Part shown: positions 57,694-64,000 of the stretch, one piece after another
How the letters are laid out: each line of letters opens with the position of its first letter
How positions within the stretch are numbered: the stretch's first letter is position 1
Source of the DNA: Eledone cirrhosa
Taxonomy: Eukaryota
Assembly: GCA_964016885.1 (NCBI GenBank)
Contig: OZ024742.1
Location: 74,400,001 to 74,464,000 of the forward strand
Length of the DNA: 64,000 nucleotides
Reading direction: 5' to 3'
Program-made: the position numbers and the translations under genes
Notes under the pieces: model-generated
What the model saw: the letters and a program-made list of their open reading frames with translations, nothing else
Told to the model about the DNA's origin: nothing
The model's database searches: none

Positions 57694-58102
57694 CTTTCCT
57701 TATGCATATTAACGGCTGAGCAGCCTAATTTGCATATCGAGTGAGTTAGTCGGCCGGGCGTACCGGAAACGATAAATGGAAAAGAATGAAACGAAATTTC
57801 ATTTCTCACTCTTAGTACGGCTGATACCTAAATATAAGTATGCATACGTACATACATATATGCGTACAGACGTACAGTAGTATGTATATATATATATACA
57901 TACATGCACACATATATATATATGTACGTATGGGTTTACCGAACATTTATTACGCCGTACAGTGTTCGGCAACCATCGTCGCCTTTTTGTTCAACACTGA
58001 CACAGGAACGACGTACTAGTTTCAAGCTTATTAGCTATCGTCAGCATCGTATACCTTCCTGTCAGATGATTGAACGTTTGAAAGTATATACTTTCCTTAT
58101 GC

Positions 58103-58918
58103 ATACAAATAATGAATCAAAACATATCAAATATGTTTAGAATTTTGTGTTTCTCTATAAGCAAGCTCAATAGACTTTATCTAGAATCATAATAACCAAA
58201 TTAAAAGATATATGTTTATATATAGAGAGAACGAGCCATATATCGTAAAAGAAACACGGTTTATTGTATATATACCAAATACATATGCTATAGAAGAATA
58301 TATACACAGGTGGAATCCAAGTGTACTCATCAGAGGTTTATTCTCACTATTCTAAGGGAAATATAGAATGAAAATGGTAAATAAATCAATATACCTGTGA
58401 AAATCTACATTTAAATCCATCTCGACCGTCGTGCTGAGAACCATATGGTGTAATCACGTTAAACCTATGGCGAATAGATATCCACAAGGTGGACGATAAC
58501 TCCGCTAGAAATAGGAGCGGTGAATATAGCCACCGAGCTCAACAGGTTAAGAGGTTTGGACCGGTTAAATACAAATAAGGAATCAAAACATCTAATATGT
58601 TTACAAGTTGAACTTAGCTGAGAAACATAAAATTCTAAGCATATTTGATGTTTTGATTCGGCAGTATCGGTAGAGTGTCGGACACCATGCTTGCAGCAAA
58701 GAGTTACGGCCCTTTATGATCTGAGTTCAAATCCAACTGAGGTTAACTTTGCCTTTCATCCTTACAGGGTCGATAAAATAAAGTACCAGTAATACACTGA
58801 GATAATTGCTGGCCTTGTGCCAAAAGTAGAAACAATTATTTGTATTTAACGGCTCCCAAACTCTTAACTTGTTGAGCTCGGTGGTTATAATCACCGCTTC
58901 TATTTCTAGCGGAGTTAT
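58103..58918. mobile_element. Tandem (about 466 nt period) plus inverted-arm non-coding unit, interrupted by a SINE
   Basis: atacaaataa.gaatcaaaacat at about 58103 and 58569; 58620-58659 plus 58836-58918 form an inverted copy spanning the junction. Confidence 0.62.
58660..58838 (+). mobile_element. tRNA-derived SINE (octopus-type family)
   Basis: Same motifs. Confidence 0.88.
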
Positions 58919-60040
58919 GGAAGACGATGGAGTGGCCAGGGGTGTCCGGTTTGTGTATTTTGGGGAAGAAATAAATGGTGAAGGTACGGGGTGTGCAGAT
59001 CATAAGGTGCACACTCCGTAGTGAGGTGATGAGTTCGCGTAAAGTGGAGAATACTTGTTGTTAGTAGCGAGGGGTGGCATCATAGGACAGGGGGCGGTAG
59101 AAGAGGAGATTGCGGAGCTACAGTAAAACCTCCGTTTGTCATCATGGTATCAGAGAGAGAGAAGTGCGACGATTTTGATCAAGGGGATGTTGCATTGTTG
59201 GTAGCGTTTCCGGAAATTGAACCGATTCACCATGGGTGGCAGGTGTCGATGAAAGTGTTTAGAGTGTTGAATTGTCCATGTAGTGGCGTTCAAATGTAAT
59301 GGTCGCCGACCCAGGTCCTTAAGGCAGCTAGAATTGTTCTGAGTCTGTATATTGCCGTAAGAATGTGCTTGCAATTTTATGCGGCGCAGGAACCACCGTA
59401 CAACGTCCGTGCAGGTCCGAAATTTGTCGCTGGAAGGTGTGAGGAGTATGAAACGCAGACCTCTACTGAGGAGGGAACCTTCAGATTTCGAGAGGCTGGT
59501 CGGCGGATAGAGTGACAACAAATTGTGGGTCTGAGAGGGATTCGGTGGGATGGGGGTGGGGTCAGGAGGGTTTGATGCGGAGTAGGTAGCTGGAAGAAAG
59601 TGGGATGTGGAGGAGAGTGTGTTGGTGGGAGAGGAACACCATGGCGGTGGAATGAAGGGGAAGATTGAGTTTGCAGAGTTTAGTGGATGTGAGGAATGGA
59701 AGAGTATGTGGATAAAGAGAAGTATCGAATGTTCGTGAAAAGGGTGACAGGTGTAATAGAGAAGGAGAAAGGTTTGGAGGAGTTCAAAGTTGCTGGGGCG
59801 GATTTGGGAGAAGGTGGAACGAAAAGTGGCACGAATGAAAAGGCGGAAGGATCGGTGAAGATGAGTTGTGTGTGTATGTGTGTGGGGGAACGAGAGTAGG
59901 TTGTGGGGTGGAAGTGGAGGCGAACCCCATGCGGATAAGCTGTTGATGAAGGCAGTGTCCCAGGAAGGTGTGGCTGGAATACCAGGTTTTTGCGAAGAGA
60001 AATAAGAAAGGTGGAGTCTATAACACTTAAGAATTTACAC
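58919..60040 (-). mobile_element. Decayed Penelope-like element, N-terminal/RT region
   Basis: LSKSEGSLLSRGLRF..FLRRIKL and TPRT..IYFFPKIHKPDTPG. Confidence 0.78.
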
Positions 60041-60704
60041 ATACAAACCTACACACAATGTATTCTCTATCTTAATTATGCTGCTACAATGGCAGGATCT
60101 GGGTTCTAATCCTACACTTGTTCATGTAAATAGTTATTTCTCCAAAGTTACAGTTACAGTTAATCCTCTACGCCACTTGTACAATTACGTTGAACATATA
60201 TGTAATTATATTCTAGAAATATATTATAAATATATCATTCTTATTTTTAATCACTTCCACCTGCTAGTAACCAACTTAAACTTATAGGGTTTCTCTTATG
60301 CAAAACATTAATCTATGAAGGCACAAATTTCTTATTTTGTGTGATGCTTCATATATCTGGTAATCCTGGTATATATATATATGAACTCCGAAAATGAAAT
60401 ACGTTAAACGCTATTGCCGTCATAATTGACGACAAGGGTCCAATACTAATTTAAGAATTGCTATTTTAAAGCAGTTAATTTTTTAAAACCAAATTTAAAA
60501 AATATATCTAAGTATTTACGCAACAAGGGAGAGTACTCAAACCTTAATTATCTCCCTTACATTACATTACATTTTATCATTTTTGTGTTAAAACAAAGCA
60601 TTTATCCATTGACTGCTTATCAACAAAACTGGATATCCAAAACTTTAACATGAATTATGTACAATATTCTGTCGGTCAGTCTGTCTGTCTGAGTGTCTGT
60701 CTGT

Positions 60705-60803
<99 letters not shown>

Positions 60804-60829
60804 TGCGCGCGCGTCTCTGTATGTATGTA

Positions 60830-61020
60830 TGCCAGGTATCTCCTCAGTGCTATTGATAACGTGTAACCCAGTACAACCTGTCACATGGTTGGGTCATCGG
60901 TGACTAAACCGGCAACCCCACTAAGCTTGCTTGGTGAGGTGGGTGTTTTGGGCACCATGCAGGATGAAAAGCGAAACCTGACAAAGAGCGGATGAACTCA
61001 TGAGAGTCAACGGCCATGCA
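60830..61020 (+). mobile_element. RTE-related 5' UTR fragment after (TATG)n
   Basis: Homologous to the reverse complement of 35330-35521. Confidence 0.65.
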
Positions 61021-61139
61021 ATACTATGTACATATGTATATATTGAGTGGCTGTGTGAATGGCTGTATGTTTTTTTTTACATCTTTATCTTTTATATTTT
61101 AATATTTTACATATATCTTAACCTTTTAACCAATTAAAA

Positions 61140-61990
61140 CTAAATCTTGGAAAAAAAGCTGGCCTAGATGGTCTCTTTGCTGAGATCTGAATGGCTGGAG
61201 AAGTCCCAAAGGAATGGAGAGATACTATAATGATTCCTCTGTACAAGGACAAAGGTACTCGTTAACCTTGCGGAAGCTATAGTAGTATAGCTTTTTTATG
61301 CACAAAAGGAAAAATAAAACAAAGGTAGATGTTGATAACGCTTGTCTTCTTACAAGCCTTCTTTATTCTTGTAAGATTTGTGTGATTTACAGGAATCATT
61401 TAAAATTATTGGGTCACTTCCACCTAAGCTGTATAAGATCAATCTTGGGTACCCACTGCTTCTCGCATGTTCCAGACACAGAAGTACTGGAACAAGCTGA
61501 TACACTCAGTATAGAAGATTTCATACACAAGCACCGCCTTCGCTGTGCAGGACATCTGATGCGGCTGGATGATAGCTGTATTCCCAAGCAGATGGGAATA
61601 CGGTAAAAACCCAAGAAGCGTTTCAAGGACTGTGTCAAAGACTCGGTGTTGCAACTTGATATCGGCCTTCACGTACGACAAGTGGAGGCTGGTGACAGAA
61701 ATAAGTGGAGAAAAAAACATATATGAAGGATATCGATAAATCCATGCAAAGAAAGTAAGCTGGGCAAAGACCAAAAGAATTTCCCGCAAGGGAGAGAATG
61801 TAGACCCAGCGGTTTCTCAGTTTGTTTGCCATACATGTAGCCGAATATGCCTGTCATACACAGGACTCCAGAGTCACCACAGGAGTCACAGTTCGTCAAC
61901 AGAATATGCCAAGTTCATTGTTGCAGACCCACTTACTTGTGTTGTATGCAGCACAATCTGAAAAGCCGCTCTGAACTCACAAGACACTTA
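61140..61990 (+). mobile_element. Decayed, internally deleted RTE with zinc-finger remnants
   Basis: VPKEWRD, LTSLLYSC, RLRCAGHLMRL, KPKKRFKD, CHTCSRICLSYTGLQSHHRSH. Confidence 0.78.
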
Positions 61991-61992
61991 AT

Positions 61993-62110
61993 GTTCTGAT
62001 TTCAAATCCTACCTAGGTTAGCTTTACCTTTTATCCTTACGGAGACGATAAAATAAAGTACCAGTAATGCATTGGGGTTGATTTAATTGACTTTCCCCTC
62101 TCGCAAAATT
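61993..62110 (+). mobile_element. 5'-truncated SINE (octopus-type family)
   Basis: ttcaaatcc..gataaaataaagtaccagtaatg. Confidence 0.7.
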
Positions 62111-62138
62111 GTTTTTTTTTTAAAATAACTTTTCACCA

Positions 62139-62203
<65 letters not shown>

Positions 62204-62219
62204 GAGAATGAGTGAGAGA

Positions 62220-63190
<971 letters not shown>

Positions 63191-64000
63191 GAGTTGCTTG
63201 TTTTTGTCTCAGTCGAAACTTGGTGGATATGCAGCTTTGACAACCACTAACAAGTGAGAAACAACGTTGTCAGTGGCTTCTTTTTTTTTTTGCTGAGACT
63301 ATGGCTGTGTGATAGCGGTCATAACCTTAAAAAACATAGCGGAAAGCTGTCAAATGTTTTTCATAAATATCCTATATACAACACGTACACACACACGCAG
63401 ACACATACATATATATATATGTACACCCCCCATACTGTATTGTATGCTAAATGTAAATGTTAAATTATCATAATATACCAAGAGATCTATTTCAAGTTCT
63501 CATATTTTATCGTTAAATACTACTGATATCATTTCCCCAAAATTCCAGGGGCTGATGTGGTTTCTAAATGAAGGAAGAATTTCTATAAAAAGCAAAATAT
63601 AGTCTGTTTGAAATGTTACATTTTTCTACTTACGAAAAACTAATATTTTATTAAACGATTTCTGAGGAAGACCAGTTATTGAAATGAGTTTGTTATCGTC
63701 GATTATACATAATAGATGCTCATATTATCGATTAATGAATGAAAATAAAATCTGTCAAAATAAACACAATTCAAGCGTGATACGTAACTGAATATTCTAT
63801 TTAATTCAACATCTTAAAATTTTAGACATTCACGGCCTTGTTGATCAAGAGTGGTTCGACAAATCATTTTCTTAAACAGGCATAAAAAAAAATTAACAAT
63901 TTGTGATGTAAGGGAGGTAATTAATATTTGAGTACTCTCCCTTGTTTCGTGAAGTAGATAAAAATCTCGGGTTAATATTTTTTGCCAGTTGTTGAAAATG

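Noticed and set aside
58058-58100. Hammerhead-like cagatga..gaaagtatatactt
   Set aside because: Core mismatch, and no stem I or convincing stem II

Overview
Eukaryotic, AT-rich, microsatellite-saturated DNA with no supportable host protein-coding gene. The tRNA-derived SINE family and the repeat mix look octopod (inference from memory, not a database result). The first 11 kb is a stack of young non-LTR retrotransposons: two inverted L1/Tx1 copies, a near-complete RTE with one premature stop and three C-terminal C2H2 zinc fingers, and two tandem R4/Dong-type elements in (TAA)n. The rest holds fragments of Penelope-like elements (PLEs), RTE, CR1, R4-type, mariner and Helitron elements, SINEs, a G-rich minisatellite and a 3.4-kb satellite. 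The most interesting signal is a dense set of type I hammerhead ribozyme (HHR) motifs, folded by eye. They lie in PLE terminal repeats and in short non-coding units (about 440-555 nt) that occur as slightly more than one tandem monomer plus an inverted 5' arm, mostly inserted in (TA)n. This architecture fits non-LTR retrozymes, i.e. ribozyme-processed, possibly circular RNA retroelements. A second (TA)n family folds back at HHR landmarks, in one copy exactly at the predicted cleavage site. Each retroelement family also appears to occupy its own microsatellite type. Most long ORFs in the supplied track are simple-repeat artefacts.
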